DNA from: a virus
Lineage: Duplodnaviria; Caudoviricetes
Direction: 5' to 3' (one strand)
DNA: 64,000 bases
Virus record (IMG/VR): IMGVR_UViG_3300037312_000330
Span: 32,001 to 96,000 of that record
Part shown: positions 56,087-63,763 of the stretch, in pieces
Position numbering within the stretch: the first letter of the stretch is position 1
How the letters are laid out: every line of letters starts with the position of its first letter
The notes under the pieces: generated by a model
Seen by the model: the letters and a program-made list of their open reading frames with translations, nothing else
Told to the model about the DNA's origin: nothing
Databases searched by the model: none
Position numbers and translations under genes: made by a program

Positions 56087-56162
56087 GGGTCCTTAACTCA
56101 GTTGGTAGAGTGCCTCCCTTACAAGGAGGATGTCGGCGGTTCGAACCCGTCAGGACCTACCA
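56087..56162 (+). tRNA. tRNA-Val(TAC)
   Basis: Cloverleaf, CCA. Confidence 0.92.
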
Positions 56163-56170
56163 CCGTTCAC

Positions 56171-56246
56171 GGGCTTGTAGCTCAGTTGGGAGAGCATCTG
56201 GTTTGCAACCAGAGGGTCGCAGGTTCGATCCCTGTCAGGTCCACCA
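56171..56246 (+). tRNA. tRNA-Ala(TGC)
   Basis: Cloverleaf, G3-U70, CCA. Confidence 0.92.
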
Positions 56247-56388
56247 AGATCGAGACGAGGATCTGTGTAAGATTCGTTAATACGGGCACGGCACTTGCCT
56301 GGCGATCCTTGAGTCCACTGATAGCGTGGATGCATGGGACGTAACTTCTGCAGAGGATGTGCCGGATGAGGGCCCTCATCCGTATGCC

Positions 56389-56463
56389 ACGGGTGTCATC
56401 GAGCGGTTCAGATACCAGACTTTGACTCTGGGTACGTGGGTTCGAATCCCACCGCCCGTGCCA
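56389..56463 (+). tRNA. tRNA-Gln(TTG)
   Basis: Cloverleaf, G73, CCA. Confidence 0.88.
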
Positions 56464-56479
56464 TACGAATGAAGGTCTA

Positions 56480-56570
56480 GGAGAGTTGGCAGAGTTGGTT
56501 ATTGCAACGGATTGCTAATCCGTCATCGGTGAGAACCGATGCGCTGGTTCGAATCCAGCACTCTCCGCCA
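56480..56570 (+). tRNA. tRNA-Ser(GCT)
   Basis: Class II cloverleaf, CCA. Confidence 0.93.
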
Positions 56571-56575
56571 ATGTT

Positions 56576-56663
56576 GGAAGTGTGGCCGAGCGGTTTAAGG
56601 CAGTGGTCTTGAAAACCACCGATCCTCCAGGGTCCGTGAGTTCGAATCTCACCGCTTCCGCCA
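56576..56663 (+). tRNA. tRNA-Ser(TGA)
   Basis: Class II cloverleaf, CCA. Confidence 0.93.
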
Positions 56664-56676
56664 GCAGCTTCTACTC

Positions 56677-56706
56677 TTGACGATCGATCGTGGTGCGTCA
56701 TGTAAT
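56677..56706 (+). promoter_or_regulatory. Possible sigma70 promoter inside tRNA cluster
   Basis: TTGACG-N18-TGTAAT. Confidence 0.35.
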
Positions 56707-56935
56707 ACGTTCTTAAACAATTCGATTACAAGCGCGGATAGCGGTAGGGTGAAACACAGTACGTCTGGGCGTGAATCCCGGCCCTACTTGCACCGCCACT
56801 ATACAGGTCACTCACTTGACCTAGCGAACGTGCCTCTCACTGTCACGTTCTTTACCTACAGAGGGCTAAACCTGTCTAGACGGGATGTGACGAATGAGGG
56901 GACGCTCTCATTCGTATGTGGTATGACATACGAAT

Positions 56936-57010
56936 GCGGGTGTAGTTCAATGGTAGAACATCATCCTTCCAAGTTGAGGACGATGGGTTCGATTCCCACC
57001 ACCCGCTCCA
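56936..57010 (+). tRNA. tRNA-Gly(TCC)
   Basis: Cloverleaf, CCA. Confidence 0.9.
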
Positions 57011-57116
57011 ATCAAGTTCTCAGACGACCAAACAGAGACAGGCAACGGTGTCTCTAAATGGGCCAGTGGTGGCGCACCGTAAAACGCTAGTCTGAGAACA
57101 CCGACGACCAATATCA

Positions 57117-57192
57117 GGGTTCATAGCTCAATTGACAGAGCACTGGTCTCCAAAACCAGAGGTTCTAGGTTTGACTCCTAGTGGGCCCGCCA
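57117..57192 (+). tRNA. tRNA-Trp(CCA) with A19-U56 elbow
   Basis: Cloverleaf; D-loop AATTGACA, T-loop TTTGACT. Confidence 0.85.
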
Positions 57193-57335
57193 CTGAACAA
57201 TCGAGATCGCCGTGAGGCGTCACTAGGTCACGCGCTTGGCCTGCTCTTCGTACTTCCCTCTCCATCCAGGTTCCAAGGAGAGCGAACATAGGATGCTTGC
57301 TGGATAGTGATCATTGAGTGATGCGCAACATTTCC

Positions 57336-57418
57336 GCTGGGTTGGCAGAGCGGTCGAATGCACCTGCCTTGTAAGCAGGTATACCACATCGCAGGTTCGA
57401 ATCCTGTGCCCAGCACCA
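57336..57418 (+). tRNA. tRNA-Thr(TGT) with class II-like D-arm and long variable region
   Basis: 83 nt; anticodon loop CTTGTAA; CCA. Confidence 0.8.
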
Positions 57419-57423
57419 AACAA

Positions 57424-57500
57424 GTGTCCGTAGCTCAGTTGGATAGAGCTGCGTCCTTCTAAGACGCATGTCAGGGGTTCGAGTCCCTTCGGACACGCCA
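57424..57500 (+). tRNA. tRNA-Arg(TCT)
   Basis: Cloverleaf, CCA. Confidence 0.93.
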
Positions 57501-57532
57501 TAGTTCATCAACGGTAACAATAAGGAAGAGAC

Positions 57533-57898
57533 ATGCTGGCAACTGTGAAAGTGAGCTACTCAACGAGTGGCAAGACGAGTGGAAGTGAGGGTGAAGTCTA
57601 CGGTGTCGTCGACATTCGTTGCACTACTTCAATTGGACACATCGTGTCGCGGGCACGCAGCCTGGAAACTGGCGACTGTATGTTTGCGCAACTGCCAGAT
57701 GCTGTGACGAAGGTCATTGGAGCTGGCACTGTTCTTGTCAACGACTCGCTGCATCCGCTTCCGCGCAACAAGAGCGAGATGTTGATCCACGAATACAAGC
57801 GCACGTACGACCGCAAGAATCGGGAGCATGTGTCGGTAACGGTTGGCATCTATCAGCTTTCGGTTCCTCGCATCGATCCGTGTATCCCGAAGCTGTAA
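57533..57898 (+). CDS. Hypothetical protein
   Basis: 121 aa, RBS AAGGAAG. Confidence 0.65.
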   Translation: MLATVKVSYSTSGKTSGSEGEVYGVVDIRCTTSIGHIVSRARSLETGDCMFAQLPDAVTKVIGAGTVLVNDSLHPLPRNKSEMLIHEYKRTYDRKNREHVSVTVGIYQLSVPRIDPCIPKL

Positions 57899-57915
57899 AG
57901 TACAGCACAAGTTAC

Positions 57916-58132
57916 GGAACCGCTTACTACAGTGGTGAAGTAGTTGAAATGCTCGCTGTCATGAACAGCAAACGACGTCACAGGATTTGGTTGCCGCCTT
58001 CGTGCTCGCGACCTACGTGCAGTGCTCGATATCGGGCCTTGATCTTCATGGTCAGCATAGATGCCGAGTCCAAAGTAACCTAGGTGAAACGGACACGCCG
58101 GAGCGAGTGGTTCGAATCCACAAAGTTCCTCC
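57916..58132 (+). ncRNA. tRNA/tmRNA-like element with ~150-nt internal insert
   Basis: GGAAC/GTTCC ends; D-like arm; T-loop GTGG-TTCGAAT-CCAC. Confidence 0.4.
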
Positions 58133-58243
58133 TTTGCTCGTGTCAGATCAAGATGACGATCTTGTTACTGGCGAGATGACCTCGCGGAATAGACGTGATA
58201 GCCAACCGAGTTGGTGACTTCCGGGAAAGACCGGACCAAACAT

Positions 58244-58347
58244 GGACCATTAGCGCAGTTGGTTAGCGCACGAACATGAAACGAGAGTACAGACCCTGCA
58301 AGCATCCTTTCAAGGGGTCACGGGTTCGAGTCCCGTATGGTCCGCCA
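58244..58347 (+). ncRNA. tRNA-Asp-like body lacking a normal anticodon arm (104 nt)
   Basis: Perfect acceptor, D and T arms with GCCA end; anticodon arm replaced by unrelated sequence. Confidence 0.7.
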
Positions 58348-58355
58348 GTTGTTGT

Positions 58356-58431
58356 TCCGTGGTAGCTCAGTAGGTAGAGCAAAGCACTGTTAATGCTTGG
58401 GTCGCTGGTTCGAGACCAGCCCACGGAGCCA
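58356..58431 (+). tRNA. tRNA-Asn(GTT)
   Basis: Cloverleaf, G73, CCA. Confidence 0.92.
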
Positions 58432-58458
58432 TACTCAGTAAGCGCATTCGAGGTTTGT

Positions 58459-59091
58459 ATGGACTTCAGTGTGGAGACAGCAACTGGAAAGAGGACGATC
58501 AGTATCGTTCTTCCAGACAGGCCGTATGGAGTTTTGGTGTCAGGTGGCTTGGATAGCTCGGTGCTACTATCGCTAATCCTGATGACTCGTGCCAAAGAGA
58601 ACAGCACAGTTCCATTCACTGCCTTTAACATAAAGCGTGGTGTAGGAACAGAGCTTTTCTCTGAGAAGATGATGTGGTGGACAAGTGTCTACTTCAAGCA
58701 GGAATTCCCATTCCAACATTTGGAACTTCCTCCAGATACTCCACATTACGACTGTCTACGCATTCCTGGTGTATCACTTTTGAACGGTGGAAAAGTAGCC
58801 TGTCTGTTCTCAGCCGATACTTCTAACCCTCCAGGGTTTGTCCATCATCAAGCTCCAGAACGAACCCCTGTTGAGAAGCAGTTCAGCTTCCCACGGTGGC
58901 GTCTTCCGTTTCTGCACTGTGACAAGAGCCACATCGTACAATTGATGTACGACTTGAGACTCACGTTTATAGAACATCTGTCGCACACTTGCTTTGCGCA
59001 GAACATCTATAGATGTGGCAAGTGTTTCCAGTGCATGGAACGTGCGTGGGCATACAGCACTACTGGAAACTTGGACAGCGGAATACATTGA
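58459..59091 (+). CDS. QueC-like N-type ATP pyrophosphatase
   Basis: VLVSGGLDSS PP-loop; SHTC...CGKCFQC Zn motif. Confidence 0.8.
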   Translation: MDFSVETATGKRTISIVLPDRPYGVLVSGGLDSSVLLSLILMTRAKENSTVPFTAFNIKRGVGTELFSEKMMWWTSVYFKQEFPFQHLELPPDTPHYDCLRIPGVSLLNGGKVACLFSADTSNPPGFVHHQAPERTPVEKQFSFPRWRLPFLHCDKSHIVQLMYDLRLTFIEHLSHTCFAQNIYRCGKCFQCMERAWAYSTTGNLDSGIH

Positions 59092-59101
59092 ACACACACA
59101 C

Positions 59102-59280
59102 AGAGCCCTCACTGGAGCGGCCTGCATCTGAACCGGAGCATATGCCACTGCGGCGAATCGGCTCCAACGTCTCTGAAATACGATAGTGCCTACGGCAGCT
59201 TCCTAGTCACTCCCTCGTGTGTATAGATCCCGGAACAGGGTGGGGCGGAGTAGGATACAGGCCAATCCAGTGAGGGCTTT
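59102..59280 (+). ncRNA. Unclassified ~180-nt structured RNA
   Basis: 15-bp terminal stem AGAGCCCTCACTGGA/TCCAGTGAGGGCTTT with branched interior. Confidence 0.5.
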
Positions 59281-59307
59281 GACGCATCTAAATCTAAATC
59301 TGAAATA

Positions 59308-60618
59308 ATGACGCTCAACGATCTTACTAGCAACGCACACTTTGTGGCGCTAGCCGGGCTTGGTGCTGTCGCAGCCGCTGGCTGGCGTCAAGTCCGCTCC
59401 TTCTTTTCCTACATCTACGGCTTCCTCGTAGTCGAAGTCACTGTAGACAGTGGCATCAACTATCTCACTGTGCGGTATTTGAGATCAGGTCCGTGGTATA
59501 TCGTCCCAACCGGGAAGTATTGGATAGCCATCCTACGATTACCACACCAGGAACTGCGCATGAACGTAAACGTGCCGTTCAAGGTTCCTGACACTCACTT
59601 CACTTGCATACGTGGCAAGGACATCCTGTTTGTTAGGGCTAACCAGCACACGCCATTGCGAATCACCACATTCCGATGGACAAACGTGGAGCGCATCTTA
59701 CAGGAAGCCATCCTACTTAACAGACAGCGTGAGATAGATGCCCAGAAGGCTAGTTCCAACTCACGCTTCATGGTACATGAAGTAGTTGGCAGGGACAAGT
59801 CACTGTCTGTAGAAAGCTTGAGGGAAACCCTAGGCGGGGAACCTCCGGTTTCTCGTAATAGTCAGGACGGTAGCTCCTCCAATGACATGCCTTGGGTGTT
59901 CATGGACCTGGATCGTAGCTTCATGTACGACCAGAAGGAATACACGGAAACACCGGAATCCTACGCTGACGGCACTGCGTTCCTGCCAGACGATGCACGT
60001 TCCCTGTTGGAAGAAACTGAAAAGTGGTTCAAGAATCGGGAGTGGTTCAAGCAACGTGCCATCCCACACCGACGCGGCATCCTGCTGCATGGTCCTGGTG
60101 GGACGGGTAAGTCAACCCTTGCCTTGATCCTGGCCCGACGCTTAGCTATCCCAATTTACCGATTCCACCTGAACACGCTTTCGGACACTGAGTTCATGGA
60201 TAGGGTGAACAATCTGGACAACCCATGCACCGTCCTGTTCGAGGATTTCGATCGAGTGTTCGACGGTCGCACTAGTGTCAAGAATCAGCACCTGTCCTTC
60301 GATACCGTCATCAATGCGATGAGCGGGGTGAAAACTTTAGAAGGAATCGTGTGGATCATCACTACAAATAATGTAGCAGCCATCGATCCTGCAGTTGGAA
60401 TCCACGTAGAAGGCACTGGCATGTCCAGCAGACCGGGTCGCATCGACCGAGTTCTCTACATGGGATCGTTGCCAGAACTACAGCGCCACCTTTTGATCGA
60501 GCGCACTTTGGGTGACTGGCCCGATTTGGTCCAAAGCGCCAAAGTGGAAACCGACAACTTTACCATCGTCCAGACACAGGAGTACTGTGTGCAACAAGCT
60601 CTCCGGCGGATCCACTAG
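59308..60618 (+). CDS. BCS1-like membrane-anchored AAA+ ATPase
   Basis: N-terminal TM; GILLHGPGGTGKS; LFEDFD; TTN; RPGRID. Confidence 0.85.
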   Translation: MTLNDLTSNAHFVALAGLGAVAAAGWRQVRSFFSYIYGFLVVEVTVDSGINYLTVRYLRSGPWYIVPTGKYWIAILRLPHQELRMNVNVPFKVPDTHFTCIRGKDILFVRANQHTPLRITTFRWTNVERILQEAILLNRQREIDAQKASSNSRFMVHEVVGRDKSLSVESLRETLGGEPPVSRNSQDGSSSNDMPWVFMDLDRSFMYDQKEYTETPESYADGTAFLPDDARSLLEETEKWFKNREWFKQRAIPHRRGILLHGPGGTGKSTLALILARRLAIPIYRFHLNTLSDTEFMDRVNNLDNPCTVLFEDFDRVFDGRTSVKNQHLSFDTVINAMSGVKTLEGIVWIITTNNVAAIDPAVGIHVEGTGMSSRPGRIDRVLYMGSLPELQRHLLIERTLGDWPDLVQSAKVETDNFTIVQTQEYCVQQALRRIH

Positions 60619-60664
60619 CCACAGGGGTTCGCGAACAATCTGCTCATCCCTCCTCGGGGACTTC

Positions 60665-60699
60665 GCCCGTGCTGTCCATGTGATGGCACGGGCTTTTTT
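60665..60699 (+). terminator. Rho-independent terminator
   Basis: GCCCGTGC/GCACGGGC followed by TTTTTT. Confidence 0.85.
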
Positions 60700-60776
60700 A
60701 CGTCCAAAACAGAGCCCTCTTGTGGGACGCCCTACGAGGTCCGCGGAGGCGATTTTGGACCCCTACCGTGGGAGTG

Positions 60777-60826
60777 AAATCTGCTTAATTTTTAAGCGAT
60801 ATGTTGCCTATTTTTTAAGCAGATTT
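60777..60826. repeat. 12-bp inverted repeat in AT-rich patch
   Basis: AAATCTGCTTAA ... TTAAGCAGATTT. Confidence 0.85.
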
Positions 60827-60828
60827 CC

Positions 60829-60857
60829 TTGCTCCGAAAACCCCTCCATGGTACAAT
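60829..60857 (+). promoter_or_regulatory. Sigma70-type early promoter
   Basis: TTGCTC-N17-TACAAT with TG extension. Confidence 0.7.
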
Positions 60858-60976
60858 GGGGCAACGGCGGGGCATACTCTGAAACCCACCCGGCCAACCG
60901 GCCTGCCGTTAACGCCCCAGCACACACCATGCGCTGGAAAACTTTGAGCAATCTTCCAACGTGCAAGGAGCACACC

Positions 60977-61297
60977 ATGTCCAAGAAGCAAGAAGTCGCC
61001 ACTTCCGAAGCCGCCGCGAACACCAAGATCGTGAAGCGCACCAAGAACCTGATGAAGCTCGACGTCTCGCGCGTGAAGGTCGCCGGCGAGCTGCGCAAGA
61101 TCCGCTTCGTCGCCAAGAACAAGCACGGTGGCGTCGTCATCGCACGCACGCGCGGTCTGCCCCCGATGCGTATCCGTTGCGTGATGCTCAGGCATCGTGA
61201 CGAGTTCTGGGTCACCATCCGCGGCAACGAAGGCGCAGCCATCGCCACCACGCCGGACAAGGCGTTCGCTCGCGGTGTCAAGGCGTTCTGGTCCTGA
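60977..61297 (+). CDS. Basic early protein
   Basis: RBS AAGGAG; high GC3. Confidence 0.75.
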   Translation: MSKKQEVATSEAAANTKIVKRTKNLMKLDVSRVKVAGELRKIRFVAKNKHGGVVIARTRGLPPMRIRCVMLRHRDEFWVTIRGNEGAAIATTPDKAFARGVKAFWS

Positions 61298-61299
61298 GC

Positions 61300-61497
61300 A
61301 TGGACGGTCAACAACTTGCCGCGATCCACGAACGGTTCGTGGATCTGATCAAGCACCTGCCGCCCGCGTTCCAGGACACTGCACGGCAGAAGTTCCTGAC
61401 CTTGGTCGATCACTTGAACCCAAGTTCGGAAAACTTGGTGGAACTCTTCGAGCTGATCGGCCTCGTGCACTTTGCCGGTCGTACACAGGATCGGTGA
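61300..61497 (+). CDS. Small early protein
   Basis: 65 aa; high GC3. Confidence 0.6.
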   Translation: MDGQQLAAIHERFVDLIKHLPPAFQDTARQKFLTLVDHLNPSSENLVELFELIGLVHFAGRTQDR

Positions 61498-61578
61498 CTC
61501 GGCATCTCGCAAGCGTCGCGTGCGGCGTTTGCAGATACCATGTCGGTATCGTTTCCAATTTCAACGAAAGGGTACATC

Positions 61579-61761
61579 ATGAAGAACCACTTCACTCTGT
61601 CCATCGTGGTTGCCGTCGCTGTGCTGTTCGTCGCCGCGTGCGCGCAGCATGTCGCTCCTGTCAACACGTCGTCCACCGCTGTCAACGGCGCGGCACCGTC
61701 CCTGAAGTGGGATGGCAAGTCCCCCAACCTGGATCCGTCCTGCCAAGGGTTCGGTTGCTGA
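61579..61761 (+). CDS. Small lipoprotein
   Basis: Signal peptide with lipobox VAA-C; C-terminal CQGFGC. Confidence 0.7.
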   Translation: MKNHFTLSIVVAVAVLFVAACAQHVAPVNTSSTAVNGAAPSLKWDGKSPNLDPSCQGFGC

Positions 61762-61886
61762 GATACAGCACTGGATGACTCGACATCCAGCAAGGTTATT
61801 CTGGGAGTAACCTTGCGGATGCAATGTCGCATCAACGCCACGTTCCGCGCACTTTGCGCATCTTGTCAAACTTGAAAGGAAACATC

Positions 61887-62519
61887 ATGGCTGCTGCCAA
61901 GAAAACCGCTGCGAAGAAGACCACTGCTCGTCCGTCCCCCAAGAAAGCCAGCAAGAAGGTCCCTGCCAAGAAGCCGACAGCCAAGAAGACTTCGAAGAAG
62001 TCCGGCGAAGCCGAAGACAGAGACGAAGAAGAGCTCGAGTGGATGGAGGTCAAGAAGTCCGCCAAGAAAGCTGGCAAGAAGTTCGCAAAGCTGGACCTGA
62101 ACCCGATCAAGATCGCCGCCAAAGTGGTCGGTAAGGGCAAGAAGGCGCACAAGGTCAAGGCCAAGAAGCTGAGTGCGTCGCAGGTGCTGAACCATGTCGT
62201 GGAACAGTGCGAGTTGCCGCGCAAGGATGTGCGTCTGGTTCTCGAGACGCTCGCCAACACGATCAAGGCTGCAATCATGCCCGGCGCAGTCGGCGGTGCC
62301 GTGATCCCCGGAGTCGGCGCCATCGTCCGCAAGGAAATCCCGGCCAAGAAGCTGCCCGCCATCGCTCGTGGCACCGTGGTCGAGAAGCGCAACCCGCGCA
62401 CCGGCGAAGTGACGAAAGTCAAGCATCCGGGACGCAAGGCCTCGGTCAAGCCCGCCAGCTCCAAGGCGCGTGCCGTGCTCCTGTCGTCCACGCGTCGCGC
62501 CGTCTTCGGTACCGTGTGA
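61887..62519 (+). CDS. HU/IHF-like DNA-binding protein with histone-H1-like N-terminal tail
   Basis: AAKKTAAKK repeats; LPRKDV..VLE; IPGVG; RNPRTGE. Confidence 0.8.
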   Translation: MAAAKKTAAKKTTARPSPKKASKKVPAKKPTAKKTSKKSGEAEDRDEEELEWMEVKKSAKKAGKKFAKLDLNPIKIAAKVVGKGKKAHKVKAKKLSASQVLNHVVEQCELPRKDVRLVLETLANTIKAAIMPGAVGGAVIPGVGAIVRKEIPAKKLPAIARGTVVEKRNPRTGEVTKVKHPGRKASVKPASSKARAVLLSSTRRAVFGTV

Positions 62520-62644
62520 TGCATCGCGTCCAAGCCAACATCAATGGTCAGTGGCGGACTTACGTATGCGAGTCCCTCGCTGACCTCGAATCCCTGCAAG
62601 CTGTCTTCGCCAAGCAGGGCATCGAGTACAGGTACGTCTGGTAG
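62519..62644 (+). CDS. Small early protein
   Basis: TGATG coupling; 41 aa. Confidence 0.5.
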   Translation: MHRVQANINGQWRTYVCESLADLESLQAVFAKQGIEYRYVW

Positions 62645-62716
62645 TCGTCTGGCCCCTCTTGGGGCCGATGGCACATGAGGACTCATTTCCTCACCAATAA
62701 CCATCCGGAGGCAACC

Positions 62717-62953
62717 ATGCCCGCAGCGCAGAAAGTCACCCCCATCAAGGGGTCCTCTTCCAAGGCCAAGTCCGCCGTCAAGCACGACGAGAATCGCATC
62801 GTCGTGATGAAGCACGTGAAGTCCACCAAAGGGACGCACGTTTACGCGGCCGACGAAGATACCGCAGACGTCGTCTGCACGACGGTGTACCTGAAGAAAG
62901 ATGCCTTGCCGGAAGATCCGCCCAGGGTGATCCAACTGACGGTGTCATTCTAA
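62717..62953 (+). CDS. Small basic early protein
   Basis: RBS GGAGG; KSTKGTHVY...VYLKK. Confidence 0.7.
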   Translation: MPAAQKVTPIKGSSSKAKSAVKHDENRIVVMKHVKSTKGTHVYAADEDTADVVCTTVYLKKDALPEDPPRVIQLTVSF

Positions 62954-62954
62954 C

Positions 62955-63218
62955 ATGCTGTTTGAACAACAACCGATCACTGCCACAGCGTTCGAGGACC
63001 AAGTCATTGCGCTGTTCGGCTTCGACCACTTGGTGATGTCCAAGACGTCTGAGGATCCGCGCACGTTTCCCGGTGACAAGCGGATTCCGCTCCGCCTGTA
63101 TTACGTGAAGACGTCTACCGGCAATGAACACGTTGCCACGTGGAACGGTAAGACGCGTCGCGGCTGGGTGTTCGACACCGCCGACGGCATCCTCGACAGC
63201 ATCAGCACGCTCGTCTGA
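62955..63218 (+). CDS. Early hypothetical protein
   Basis: 87 aa; high GC3. Confidence 0.65.
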   Translation: MLFEQQPITATAFEDQVIALFGFDHLVMSKTSEDPRTFPGDKRIPLRLYYVKTSTGNEHVATWNGKTRRGWVFDTADGILDSISTLV

Positions 63219-63276
63219 ATGCCCATGGCAGACCGGAGCCGCAATCCGGGTGATTGAACGAAGCTAAGGAACTAAC

Positions 63277-63600
63277 GTGAAGACCAATGTCAAGAAGATG
63301 GTGAATGCGCACGTGGAGTGGCCCGGCGGCGATGTGATCTACGTCGAATCCGTGACCGTACGCCACACCGGATACGATGTGGTGATGCGCAATTCCCTAA
63401 TCTCGCTGGAAAGCGAACTCAAGGGGGAGGGCATGCGCACGTTCGGCAGGATCGTGCAGACTGTCCGCGTCATGGGAATCTCGGACTTCACGCACAACGG
63501 CGCCTCGCTCTTCTACGAGGCGATTGAGCGTGAGCGCTTGAAGTCCGAACGCGCTGCCATTCAATCCGGCCGTGCGGTGCAAGGTGCATGGTTGCGCTGA
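63277..63600 (+). CDS. Early hypothetical protein
   Basis: GTG start with AAGGAA. Confidence 0.6.
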   Translation: MKTNVKKMVNAHVEWPGGDVIYVESVTVRHTGYDVVMRNSLISLESELKGEGMRTFGRIVQTVRVMGISDFTHNGASLFYEAIERERLKSERAAIQSGRAVQGAWLR

Positions 63601-63763
63601 ATGGTTACGCTGACGATTGATCGGTACGCGAAGCCAAGTTGCCCATGGACTTCACCATCGGCACGCAACCTGTCGAACAGCGCAAGAAGCGCCGCTGATC
63701 TACAGAGGCTATCGTCCAAGTGCCTCCACCAAAACTTGGCGCGTAAAGAAGGAGAAACGTGAA

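Noticed and set aside
56290-56345. CTGATAG as a hammerhead core
   Set aside because: Does not match CUGANGA, and there is no correctly placed GAAA.
54732-58631. Short ORFs overlapping tRNAs (e.g. 55096 start, 56102, 57223, 58263)
   Set aside because: Artefacts of tRNA sequence; the globin and QueC starts were refined downstream.
63589-63698. Possible TGA readthrough or recoded small gene
   Set aside because: A single ambiguous case; other genes use TGA as a normal stop, so there is no evidence for an alternative code.
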